A DNA stretch of 64,000 nt from Takakia lepidozioides (lineage: Eukaryota; Plantae; Bryophyta): assembly GCA_030704615.1 (NCBI GenBank), contig CM060731.1:43586001-43650000 (forward strand), read 5' to 3'. Below are positions 35,950 through 48,677 of this stretch, in pieces (position 1 is the stretch's first letter; each line of letters opens with the position of its first letter). A program made the translations under genes and the position numbers. The notes beneath the pieces are model-generated. The model saw nothing but the letters and a program-made list of their open reading frames with translations. It did no database searches and was not told the DNA's origin.

Positions 35950-37825
35950 ACGTGTTCGCTCAATGGAAATATTTTGTTGTCAGGTCGAGGAAGATAATCT
36001 CAGGATCCGTCCAACAAGCTGTAAAACCACGTTTCTGACTCGATGCACCTCAACACTAGTGACGATCGCACACCATAGCATGCCACCACCGAGGTATCTT
36101 ACACCGCTGATGGAAATGAGAGAACAACACAACTCGTCAGGAATTGTTGCCACCACTTTCCACTCTACGGTAGAAGGATTGTTCCTATAAAAGCATGGCG
36201 TACTTTGGCCGGATGTCAGTCACCTAGAAATAGGTGTCCGCAGTTCTCCACAACGTGTCGGTTCCCCCATATCGGATTAGGCCCTAGTTGCATGTGAGGG
36301 TTAATCGACCCAACACCACTCCTTAAATCATATGCAAGCAATCTGCCAGCCGATCCGTCATACTTGTGGGAAATTATGGCACACAGAACATCTCCGCATA
36401 ACACACTCGTTATTGTCGCGGCCTTTCGCCTTGAAGGCAGGGGGTCGGGACACAAAAGGGGTTGCCCCTGTGGTGGAGGAAGTGATAACAATAGATACGA
36501 GGGCTGAAGCACCCTTGAGTGCCTTGGGCACTCAAGGAGGCGGAGGCGCTCACTAGGTGGAACCCTGCACACCGGATTGCGGTGGGGGTGGTTCCACGAG
36601 GGGGGTGGTAGCTTAGTGGGACTTAGTGGGGGTGACATATGACTCACCATGGGGCGGAGACCTTGTGGTGGGAGTCGTAGGTAGTTTTGGGACTCATCAC
36701 GGTCCAATGGGGCCGTGGTGGGTGGGCCAAGACTCACCGCGACTCACCACCGGGAATGGAGGGTCTTCGTGGTGGTTCGCCATAAAAGGACAGTGTTGTT
36801 TGTGAAACCCCCGCGGACAGTCATAGAAGTATATATAGGGAGTAGTAACCCCGAGAATGGTGCAAGCCCGTTGGTGACCAAAAACTAGTGAGTAAATGTG
36901 CGAGCCGGAAAGCGACCAAGGTGTGGGGAGTTGTTCCGGACTGCCAACAACCAAAGCGAATTTCCACTAGGCCCAAATTGAGAGAGGGTCTTGTGGAGGA
37001 GCAAAATGGGGACCGTGATGTCCCGGTGAGCAGCCGAAACTCCGAGTTGGCCTAGCGGCCAGTTTAGGAGTTAGGCGCGCGTATCAAAGAGAGTAACTAT
37101 GACTTGAAGGGGAGCTTACCGAAGTGAGGTGCGCGACAATTATTGTATTGTCATCGTCCCTTGCAATTGCAGGCTGGTTTCCCATGTGATTCCAACAATT
37201 GGATATTGAGTCGTAAATGCTAAACTTTGGAAGAAGAGCATTTACTATAATAACCTTGTACATGCAGGTGGTGGTGGATGTATCTACTATCAAATGGAAT
37301 CGCAACCCTTTGTTGAAGATCGCAGCTGGGATGTCAAGTATGGCTGACAATTCTTTCCAGTTCTTCAACAAAGGGTTGGAGACATACAACTTCCCACCAG
37401 CTGCTGTACCCGACAGGAGGAGGATAAGACCTCCATCTGCAGCTATAATTACGTTGTGGGCGTCAATACTGACCTAGTTCGTCTCAGAAAGACCCAACTC
37501 CAGTTCAGGATGATATTGGACCTCTAACTTATGCACCCACATGGATATCATAAGCACGGATCGTGACTTTCTTTGTAACAAGAGTCATAATGTAAAACAA
37601 GTATCGATTTTCCTGACAAGAAGCTTCAGCACATAGTTTCAAGAAACCAGGATTAGTCACCAGAGAATTTCAATCCTTGCACACCGTCCGTGATCTGCAC
37701 ATGTTTACACACGCCAAGCGAAACAACACCTTTTCGATTAATTCGTTGGGCAATCTGCTCCACACCTCCTCCTCCATCCTCACGCTCTTCTGCAGACGTG
37801 CCCACAACTTCCACTGTGCCTCCAT
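35950..37825 (-). pseudogene. F-box protein with kelch-like beta-propeller, disrupted by stops and a solo LTR
   Basis: WSRLPNELIEKVLFRL...RSRTVCKD*; IIAADGGLIL...LYVSNPLLKNWKEL; IYDSISNCW. It resumes beyond the LTR with VLCGDVLC...LLAYDL...HVVENCGHLFL. Confidence 0.8.
36414..37138 (+). mobile_element. Solo LTR of the chromovirus family at 10752-13830
   Basis: TGTCGCG...CGCGACA, colinear with 13101-13830, flanked by gttat/attat (5-bp TSD with one mismatch). Confidence 0.92.
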
Positions 37826-38249
37826 GGATTGATTGATGTAACTGATGCAATGGTATGACAAGTTCTTCAGACAACATAGGTTTATAAGAGCCTGCTACCC
37901 TATATGAATTACTGTATTATACCATATCATTCATATTACCCACATTTTTTTTTTCTTGTCTTTTTCTTTTTCAGCAAATACGTCATTTTTTATTTTTCTT
38001 TTAAATGGGAGGAACCCCTGTAATTCTTTTTTGTTTTTTTTTAATTGTTGAAAGGGGAGGAAGCCCTTGAGAGTTTTACTAATAAAGGGAGTCCTGGAAA
38101 AAATAACCAGGACACAGTGAGGCCATACGGCTTACATCTTTGGAGATCTGGTTATACCTAACTCTAACTTTTCTTGATTACTAGGGGCTTATTCAGCTAT
38201 GAGTGCATATTAATTAATTCCTGCATGGTGGTACTGCCACTTTATTAAT

Positions 38250-38950
38250 AAATTGCAAAAAGGTGTATGATTCGTCATGAATCTATTACCAATATTGGAG
38301 CGGTGAAGTGCGTCGAGATCGGAAAGAAGTAGCCCACCATGCCAATAAATGTATGAAGACCCCTGTCTCTCAATAATTTGCAATGAACTAGATAACCAGG
38401 AGGCATCTACACATCCCAATTTCTTTTTTATGAGCCTGTTGAGCATTTGAATACTTGAAGTATATCATACCAGACAAACCATTTGTAGATTTAGATGCAG
38501 GAGCGTGCGACCTTTTTCCAACGCACACATTCCAGCCACACAAGCTTTCTGCACAAACCTGTCCATCTTTGCTAGACAATCTTCAGAGACATCTGCTCCT
38601 CCAACACCTATGGTCACGCTAACTTGTAGAAATTTGTCCTCCGTTTTGCATCTGGCAGGCTTCCTCATTTGTTCAATCGGTTTCCTTGCTTCAGTCTTCT
38701 CTTCGTTCTGCGCATGTCCTCTCTTTCGCGCGATCGCCTTCAACATCGCCATCTCGCTCTTGCGTTTTTCGTATGCACTCTCTTGTTGCAACCTGATCTG
38801 TTCGTCCTTCCATACCACCCATCACCCTGCATGTAGTTTTCTAGAACGATCGATTCTAGAACGATCGATTCTAGAACAATCGATTCTAGAATAATGGACA
38901 CAGATCGCAGCCCGCAACCCATAGGTTCACGTGCGTGAGCCATCCTCCGT
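38250..38950 (-). mobile_element. Degenerate Replitron-type HUH transposase
   Basis: VSVTIGVGGADV...CVAGMCALEKGRTLLHLNLQMV (HUH-position motif), LNRLIKKKLG, then after a frameshift GYLVHCKLLRDRGLHTFIGMVGY (catalytic Tyr motif). Confidence 0.75.
38840..38891. repeat. Tandem 15-bp unit tctagaacgatcgat, about 3.5 copies
   Basis: Directly visible. Confidence 0.9.
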
Positions 38951-40054
38951 TTAATACAGGTTGCCTTCCTACCGTCTTTTCTTGGATCCCTTTGTTTCTT
39001 CAAATCTTAGCATATTACCCCCCGCCCCCCTTCCCCCCTTTCATGGCTTTCTGCAAGGTTTCTTTTCCTTGCCTATTAGTTTGACTCCGTCTCCTTTTAT
39101 TTATTTAAAAATAAAAATAAAAACAGTAGCCACTGATTGAAAAATTCAGGTGATGGACGGCGTGCAACTTTCATCCAAGTCCCGTGGCTAATCTGGGCAA
39201 CAACATCTCAACGTACTTCTGTGGGTCCGAGCAACGAAGAGCAGGCACGTGGCGGAAAGCTTATCTAAGAGAATCCATAGAAGCGCTCTCATTGGTCCGC
39301 CCTATGCAGATATTCGGGGTCGTGATGCGGTTCTTTGCTTATCTACTGGCCAGATATTTCGCCGTGTCAGGCTTCTGCACAACATTCCCCACCACTCACA
39401 CCCTGCCACATCGTGCGGGTGCCACATTAGGGTGCTTAACCCTAATGATGCCCCGCTCTTCATTAAAGCCAGTCGTAAACTTGTAGAAGAGGTCTGTGAG
39501 AGACGTAATTAGGGTTGTTAATAGGTGGTCTCGTTAGCTGCAGCTGTGGGTGGCAGTGAGAGAAAAATATGGACCACAGGAGGGAGAGAGACAGAGAAAG
39601 GACAGGGCGTGGCTCGGTGGACGCCGCGTATCCACAGCAGCCAATGGCTGCTGTGGATGCCCCATCCGGGGTACTTTTTACCCGCCACGTCCTCAGGTCG
39701 GGCTTTGCAAACATTCCTTGTCTGCAGTCGATGTGCAGGGAGTTTAATCTCTCTCACAGCACCTGGAGTGCGAGAGATTTCCTCCACAGCTCCACAGAGT
39801 TTGTCCTTCACGTAGTCTGCAGTTGCTGTGGAGACCCAACTTGCGTTGGACCGTAGGGCATCGACTTGCATTGTGTGGGTTGTGTTTGGGTGTCTTGGTT
39901 TTCACTGTAGGTGTGTCGGGTGCTTGCGAAGAGAGGTAGAGTTTCAGTGTCATATGTGAAAGTTGCTACAGGTCGGTCTGGAGCTGGGTTTGGAGTCGAG
40001 GTTGTCATTTTCTTAGTGGCGTAGCTGGATTCAGCTAGCCAGGTGCTAAGAAAA

Positions 40055-43000
40055 ATGACGGCCGTGTCATCGTTTTCAGCCACCGTGAGCTCTTCTGCGT
40101 GTGTGGCACCTTCGTTCAGCAGGCCATCTCTGCCCCAGGGCGCTCGCATACAATGTAGAGGTAATGTTGAGTTCTTGGCGATGCCATTGTCGAAGAATTT
40201 TGTGTATGGACAGAATGAAGTTTGTTAGTGGGGGATTTTGTGCGAGAGGTTTAGAATTGAATCGGAGATGCGCCTGAATTTGTCTTGTTAGTGATATGAC
40301 CGAAAGCCGGAATGGAAGCTCTTAATGTGAATGTGGAAAGCACTCCCGTTGGTACCTCCTCTGCCCTCTTCTCTCGCCTGTCTTCAGCCGTTTCTGTAGT
40401 CCGGTGCGAGATATTTAAGCTGGGTTTTAGGTTGGGATTGTAATCTTTCTCAACGCCATTGTCTGTTGAATTGTCGTGCTCATTTTAGTAAATTTTGGTG
40501 GCCAATGTAGAGATTACAGATTAGTTTCCTAACGTCAGTTGCATTCTTTCGACAATGTTCGTTCTTCAGTGGGTGACTGGTTACGCGCAGAGTCTCGTCC
40601 AGCAGTAGGCATGCTACGGGCTCACCATCTTACTTTGATGTTGAACCTTTTCTGGCTGCAGGATCTCTTAGTGGCCTACATTGTACGTTTGAGGGGATCA
40701 GGCAAGCAAATGAAGTTGACAAACTAGGGACATCTGTGAGTCTGCAGAACTTTCTCGTATTTCTTGCAGCTGTTCTGATTAGAGTTGGGAATAAATACGC
40801 AATTGACTGATTCAGTACCTTCTATGTTCCATGGAGGCAGTCCTATCACCTTGAGTATTGAAGGGGAAGGAAGGTCAAGGATTACTCAGTTAGATCTACT
40901 ATTTGTGTGAATTGTGCAGGCTGATGCACATGGCGTATCAGCTGTGGGCCCAAAGGTTGCTAGAAAACATCACCGACAGGTTTCCCTATCCACTGTCCAG
41001 TTGTATATACCCTTCAAATTGCAAGCTACATGTCTTGATTGCTTTAAAAAGTTGGCTGGGTTCTAATTCATGTCTCATGGTAGGCTCTCGGTTAGGAAGT
41101 TATTTGCCCAGATGTTTCAGCATTGATTTACAACCTTGCACACAGGTAATCTGCCTCTGCTCTGAACTGGTACGGTACAATGGCAGGTGCCACATGCAGT
41201 TCTCGGGAATGGATTGTTCACAGCAACCAAGCCAGATGTGAGGCGCATTGTTCCAGAATCAAGGCCAGGAGTTCCTGTTGTGAAAGTGGTTTATGTAGTG
41301 TTGGAGGCGCAGTATCAGTCATCTCTGTCTGCCGCCGTGAGAAACATCAATAGAGTCAGGAATGAGGTGAGACTGGTACTATTGTTTTGCAAATTTTCCC
41401 AAAGTAATCTCTATTCAGGCCGAGGAGGAGGAAAGGGTCTCTCGCCCATCACTTCTGAATCAGTGTCCAACTAATGTGTGAGTCTCGAATCTTCAAGGCC
41501 TTGCCTCAGTCCAAGCACTACTGAGGAGCTGAGTAAGTGTTGATCAGTTTCTTTTTCGGACCTTCTATGCATGATAGGAGGCAGCAGCTTAGGTCCGGTG
41601 CTACCTTTACACAGGGATGTGCACTTGTACACGTAGTAGGTGTCTCTGGTGTACAGAAACAAGACAAATGTCTCATACCATCTTAGATTGTGATGTCAGG
41701 TGCGAGTTGAAGTTGTGGGTTACCTTGTGGAGGAGCTCCGGGACAAGGACAACTATGCCATGTTTTGCAAGGATTTGGCAGATGCCAATGTTTTCATTGG
41801 ATCATTGATTTTTGTGGAAGAATTGGCTGTGAAAGTGAAGGCTGCTGTAGAGGCTGAAAGAGACAGGCTGGATGCGGTCATAGTGTTCCCCTCCATGCCG
41901 GACGTAATGCGATTGAATAAGTTGGGTACATTTTCCATGTCTCAGTTGGGACAATCAAAGAGCGCAATTGCTCAGTTCATGAGAAGGAAAAGAAAGGAAA
42001 ATGTAGGTGGGTTTGAGGAAGGCATGTTGAAGCTTATTCGGACACTCCCAAAGGTACTGAAGTACCTCCCCACTGACAAGGCCCAGGATGCCCGAAACTT
42101 CATGATGAGCCTCCAGTTCTGGCTAGGTGGGTCACCAGAAAATCTTGAGAATTTCCTGGTTATGATATCCAATGCCTATGTGCCATCCCTCAAGGGGAAG
42201 AAACTGCAGTTCAATGACCCAGTGTTGTTTTTGGACACCGGAATCTGGCACCCTCTGGCTCCCTCTATGTATGATGATGTGAAAGAGTACTTAAATTGGT
42301 ATGTCACAAGGCGAGATGCAAACCCAAAGCTCAAACATCCTGATGCTCCTACTGTGGGTCTGATTCTTCAACGGAGCCACATTGTTACTGGTGATGATGG
42401 ACATTACGCCGCAGTGGTTATGGAACTTGAGGCCAGGGGCTCAAAAGTGGTGCCCATTTTTGCAGGTGGGTTGTAATGTTGTCTGTTTTGGATGTCCATG
42501 CAGTGCCTTCGTCCTCCCTGAGGCACTCTCTGCATATGAAAAGACTGATGTTAACAAAGCGAGTCTTTATCCATCTGTTCTTGATAGTAAAAACTGAGAC
42601 TGGATTTCTCATGAAATGACAGGTAGTCAAGCATCACCTTTGAACACCTCTGTCTGTGCATGCCTCTCTCATGTGCAGGTGGACTTGACTTCTCGAATCC
42701 TGTTGAGCGATTCTTCTATGATCCTATCACGAGACAGTCTCTCGTGCAATCAGTGGTTTCACTAACAGGATTTGCATTGGTCGGAGGTCCTGCAAGCCAG
42801 GACCACCCAAAGGCTATTCAAGCTCTTCAAAAGTTGAATGTCCCCTACATGGTGGGTCTTCCCTTGGTTTTCCAGACAACAGAAGAATGGCTTGAAAGTA
42901 CGTTGGGGCTACACCCTATCCAGGTGGCACTTCAAGTTGCCCTGCCTGAACTGGATGGAGGGTTGGAGCCAATAGTTTTCTCTGGCCGTGACAGCCGTAC

Positions 43001-46000
43001 AGGTGTGTATGTGTGTATGTGTCTCTTTCTGTCCCAGAGCCCCTCTCATTGTACCTTAAATTGCATATTAGTCACCGTCAGCGCCTGCGATGTTGATGTT
43101 GATTTGGTGTTCTATTTTGTGTATACAGGTAAATCACATGCACTGCACGACCGAGTAGAACAGCTTTGCACACGAGCAATCAAGTGGGCTGATCTCAAGA
43201 TTAAACCCAAGGTATGGTCCAAGTCCAGGACACCCATCATTGCCCTTGTTGCGACGTTTCTCTTTCTATAACTGTAATTTGCCGACGCCACACTCATGTG
43301 GTTGACTAACGATGCTGACAGACCAGATTGCATCTCGGTCTTGGTGTACAACTGACTGTGTAATGGTAGGCAAGGTAAAATTTGACAATGCATTTCCAAG
43401 CTGATGCCTGTTAATCAACTCTATGGTTCCAGGCGGAAAAGAAGCTGGCCATCACTGTCTTTAGCTTCCCACCGGACAAGGGGAACGTGGGTACGGCTGC
43501 GTACTTGAATGTTTTCTCATCTATCTACAGTGTGTTGAAAGAGTTGAAGGCAGATGGGTACAATGTGGAAGGTCTGCCAGAGAACTCTGAGGCACTCATA
43601 GAGGAGATTATTCATGACAAAGAAGCCAAATTCAGTAGCCCAGATCTGAACATTGCCTACAGAATGCCAGTCCGGGAATATGAGCGTCTCACTCCTTATG
43701 CAAAAGCACTGGAGGAGAGCTGGGGAAAGGCTCCAGGGACTCTGAATTCTGATGGCCAAAACCTGATAGTCTATGGCAAGCAGTTTGGCAATGTGTTCAT
43801 CGGCGTGCAGCCAACTTTTGGTTATGAGGGTGATCCGATGCGCCTTCTCTTCTCTAAATCTGCCAGCCCTCACCATGGCTTTGCGGCCTATTACACCTTC
43901 CTGGAGAAAATATTTGGTGCAGATGCTGTGCTGCATTTTGGAACCCATGGGTCCTTGGAGTTCATGCCAGGAAAGCAGGTAACATATTGTTTAGATTGAC
44001 ATGGTCTAATCAGGTTGTTATCAAATTATCTTGAAGTTTTACTTACCTACTCGCTCACATTTGGGATTGCATATTTGTTCAGGCTGCATTTTTGGACGTT
44101 ATTCTTTGCCGCATATATATTAGCCATGTGCAGGAGGCTCCTTCCTTGGCTGTTGAACAGCATGTCTATTGCAGTGTCTGAGTTGCTGTGGCTGCTGAAT
44201 GTAGCGGTCATATTTCTTCTGACATTATGTGAAACTTGCAGGTTGGTATGAGCGATATTTGTTACCCCGATAGTTTGATTGGCAATATTCCCAACATCTA
44301 CTACTATGCAGCAAACAATCCTTCGGAGGCTACTATAGCCAAGCGCCGGAGTTACGCCAACACCATCAGCTACCTCACTCCCCCAGCTGAAAATGCTGGT
44401 CTGTACAAGGGCCTGAAGCAGCTTAGTGAGCTTATCTCTTCCTATCAGTCTCTCAAAGATTCTGGCCGGGGTCCTCAAATTGTGAGTAGCATTATCAGCA
44501 CTGCAAAGCAATGTAACCTTGACAAGGATGTCGTGTTACCGGAAGAAGGTGCGGAGCTAACATCAGAGGAGCGGGACAGTGTGGTTGGGAAGGTCTATGG
44601 AAAGTTGATGGAAATAGAATCCCGGCTGCTGCCTTGTGGCCTTCACGTTATTGGTGAACCCCCAAGTGCAGAGGAAGCCGTTGCCACATTGGTGAACATT
44701 GCAGCTATTGACCGACCCGAAGATGATATTTTTGGGTTGCCTGGAATCTTAGCAGGCTCTCTGGGTCGTGAGATTGAGGACATCTACAGGAGCAGTGACC
44801 GCGGGGTCCTGTCCGATGTGATGCTTTTAAATGATATCACTCAGACATGCAGGCTTGCAGTAGGGGCATTTGTTGACAGGACGACCAACAAGGCTGGGCA
44901 GGTTGGTGTCCACTTGGCTTATGACTGACTTACTCCAAATTCAATGGGTTTGGATTGGCTTGTGGGATAAATGCTGTTGGTTGATTGGTTGGGGTATCTA
45001 GTATCACTCACTTCCAGGAGTCAGATTTGTCCAACAAATCTTTCTGTTGTGGAAATTCTGTGACAAAGAGACACAAGATGACACCTCATTTCAGTAACTT
45101 GAGGTGTATGACTAGTAGTTATGTTTTTCTCTCTCTGCTTCATGATGGGTGACCCCTATCTCTAAATAAGGAACAAATATCACTATGCAGGTGGTGGAGG
45201 TTGCTGAGAGACTCGGCAACTTGTTTGGGCTGGGGCGGAAAGAGCCGTGGATTGAGGTGTTGCAGAAGACACAGTTCAAGAAAGCTGACGAAGGAAAGCT
45301 CCGGACCTTGTTTGAGTTTTTGGCCTTCTGTTTGAAACAGGTGAGCATCTCAATGAGTGAGCATGACGAAGTTGCAAACTGTTGGTTATGTGGTAGGCAG
45401 ATCTAGATGAATCAGAAGTAGTAGATATGAACAGTGATCCTTAACATTCTTATGGTATGCAAAGTAATATTTGTTAAGAGGAACAGGTGCTTGGAAAGTA
45501 TCTGTTTGTTCTAACTATTTCTCAATATTTTAAATAGGTGATTGCTGACAACGAGCTTGGGAGCCTGAAACAAGCTTTGGAAGGCAAATATGTTGAACCT
45601 GGACCAGGTGGTGACCCGATTCGAAACCCAAAGGTGCTGCCCACTGGGAAGAACATTCATGCATTGGATCCACAAGCTATTCCAACTGCAGCAGCCCTGC
45701 AGAGTGCCAAGGTTGTGGTTGAACGCTTGCTAGAGCGTCAGAGAATAGAAAATGATGGGAAGTATCCAGAAACCATTGCCTTGGTTCTCTGGGGAACTGA
45801 CAATATCAAGACCTATGGAGAGTCACTCGCCCAGGTATGTATCCTCCAAACAGTAATAACGTCATGTCTTAGCACCTCCTAAAGTTTATTTTTTTGTTTC
45901 TCCTTGTTTGAGGGCCATGCATTCTCTGTATATCCTGCATTCTTCTATCCCACAAGCTCTTTCAGCTTTCCATGGACATTATTTCTTTCTTTCTCTTTCT

Positions 46001-48677
46001 CTCCCTCTTTTTGAGAATGAGGAGACTAGTTGGGTCTTACTTGCATGGGTATGTGTCAGTGCAGGTCCTGTGGATGGTCGGTGTGCGACCATTGCCAGAT
46101 GCCCTTGGACGAGTTAACAAAATTGAACCTGTTCCACTGGAGGAACTCGGACGACCCCGCGTTGATGTGGTGGTGAACTGCTCTGGAGTCTTCCGTGACT
46201 TGTTCATCAACCAGGTTGGTTTCTGGAACATGTTCGTGGAATTCTTGCTGGTTTATGCGAATTGTCAGAGAGCCTGGGCTTAACTTCTTTAGTGTCCCGT
46301 GAAACTGTTTTTCGGCTGTGTAGATAATTCACTTCCTCATTTCCGTTATGGAGGGCGGAAGCTTATTTTATATTTACTTTCCAGGTTATTATCATTACTT
46401 AAATAGTCGGTAGATTTCCTCTTTGTGTGGTCCCAAGACTGTGTGTGGCCAAATGAGAAGAACTTCAAAAGTGAATTGATTGTCCAGTCCTTGGAAGTAG
46501 TGGTTTATTCATTCAGAGATGGACTCTTCTGCAGTCACATCATGGTTGGTCATGGCTTTTGTAGTGACAACCACTCATTTGCACTCCATGTTATGTTGTG
46601 TGTGGCCAGATGAATTTGCTGGACCGGGCGGTGAAGACAGTGGCAGAGCTGGATGAGCCTTTGGAAATGAACTTCGTGCGAAAGCATGCCATGGAGCAGT
46701 CGGCATCATTGGGAGTGAGCATTCGGGAGGCAGCTACCCGCATCTACTCCAATGCATCAGGATCGTACTCCTCTAATGTGAACCTTGCAGTCGAGAATTC
46801 ATCTTGGAATGATGAGAAACAGCTACAGGTGCACCCGCTGTCTTCTCTCTCAATTCTTTCCCAAAGTTTGATATTGGCTATGAGTGGAGATATCAATGGA
46901 GATAGATGGTGGTGGCTGTCAGTAGAAAGCTGGATAGTTCTTTGTAACACAACGTTCCATTTAGCTGACAAGTCTGCTTAGTTGATCCATTTAGTTGGTG
47001 CTAGTGGGAGTGCTGGGGGCGGAGGATGTAGATGTACGTTTGGAGCATGTACAGGAGGGTGGATGGGTGTAGTTCATGTAGGTTATAGTTAATCTTATTT
47101 AGTGATATTCTCCTTTGTCATGTTGAGCTGCAGGACATGTACCTTTCTCGCAAATCGTTTGCCTTCGACAGTGACACACCTGGTGCAGGAATGAACGAGA
47201 AGCGTAAGATTTTTGAAGCTGCTCTTGCAACTGCAGAAGCTACCTTTCAAAATCTGGATTCATCAGAGATCTCCTTAACAGACGTGAGCCACTACTTCGA
47301 TTCTGACCCCACAAAGCTTGTCGAGAGCTTGAGGCCTGACAAAAAGAAGCCCAACGCTTACATTGCTGACACTACTACTGCAAATGCCCAGGTCTGTTTC
47401 TCCCTTGTAGCAGTGGAATTATGAGCATTGAATTCCTCTATCTAAATGGAAATGATGTATGGTGTATACTCAGGTGGAAGTTTTGGAAGGCTGACTTGCA
47501 TATTTGAAGGGAGAATCTTTACTCTCAATAGCTGTTTTGTGAAGATTTTTTTCTTATGAAGTCTGATTTAGGGAGTCTCTATAAAATGGTTGAATGCGGG
47601 TCTTTGATAATGCTTTTTATTGAACACAAAAAAACAGAGTGATGACCCCATCATATCCCCTCATAAGTTCTGAGGAGCTGAATAGACAGACTTTGAGATT
47701 GGTCAAGAAGAAGAAAGATTTGTAAGAGTAAGGAATCCCAGGAGTATAAGTGCTTTTCAAGTAGTTTAATGTAAGCTTTGTCCACTATGCAGGTGCGATC
47801 ATTGGCCGAGACAGTGAGGCTGGATGCACGTACTAAGATGCTGAATCCCAAGTGGTACGAGGGGATGCTTTCGAGCGGTTATGAGGGTGTTCGGGAAATT
47901 GAGAAGCGCCTTACCAACACAATGGGATGGAGTGCAACATCTGGGCAGGTCAGTATCCTCCTGTCTGAGTTGAGTACAGACCATTGTATTTGGTGGAAAA
48001 TGTATTGAGTACAGGGGATTCTGAATACGATGTCCGGTTGTCATTATCTGTCAATGTCAAGTGCTTAACGCCTGTGTATGGGGAGTCCTAAATTCTACTG
48101 TACATTTGAACTCAGCAGATGAAATTGATTGTTATAAAGAGACGAGTGTCTAAAGGCATGCCAAAGATCACCAGGGGGCAACCGGCCTCCTTTTGAGTGG
48201 TTATCTTTAAAGTGTCTTTCTGCAGGATCTCTGTGAAGAGCTTAATTTTTTCTCTTGGGGTGTTGTCATTGACATTTGCAGCTGAAAAGAGCAAGAGATT
48301 ATTTGTCTTGCAAATACTAAACTTTACTGACGTCATTACACCCCATTCAGATTGACATGCACTGTGCTTAGTCTGACACCTTAGTCTTATACTACTGGTT
48401 TAGTGGCATGTGGACCCGCCACTGCATGAACTTGACAGTGGTCTTATTCCAACAGGTGGACAACTGGGTTTATGAGGAAGCAAATACCACTTTCATTGAT
48501 GATGAGGAGATGCAGAAGAGGCTCCTTGAGACCAACCCTAATTCATTCCGCAAGTTGGTCGCCACATTTCTAGAAGCCAATGGCCGCGGTTACTGGGAGA
48601 CGTCTGAAGAGAACTTGGACAGGTTAAGGCAGTTGTACTCTGATGTTGAAGACAGGATTGAAGGCATTGACCGGTAA
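40055..48677 (+). CDS. CHLH: Magnesium chelatase subunit H, chloroplastic (about 14 exons)
   Basis: Transit peptide [10 protein letters not shown]..., then [84 protein letters not shown]-terminal [10 protein letters not shown]. Confidence 0.98.
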
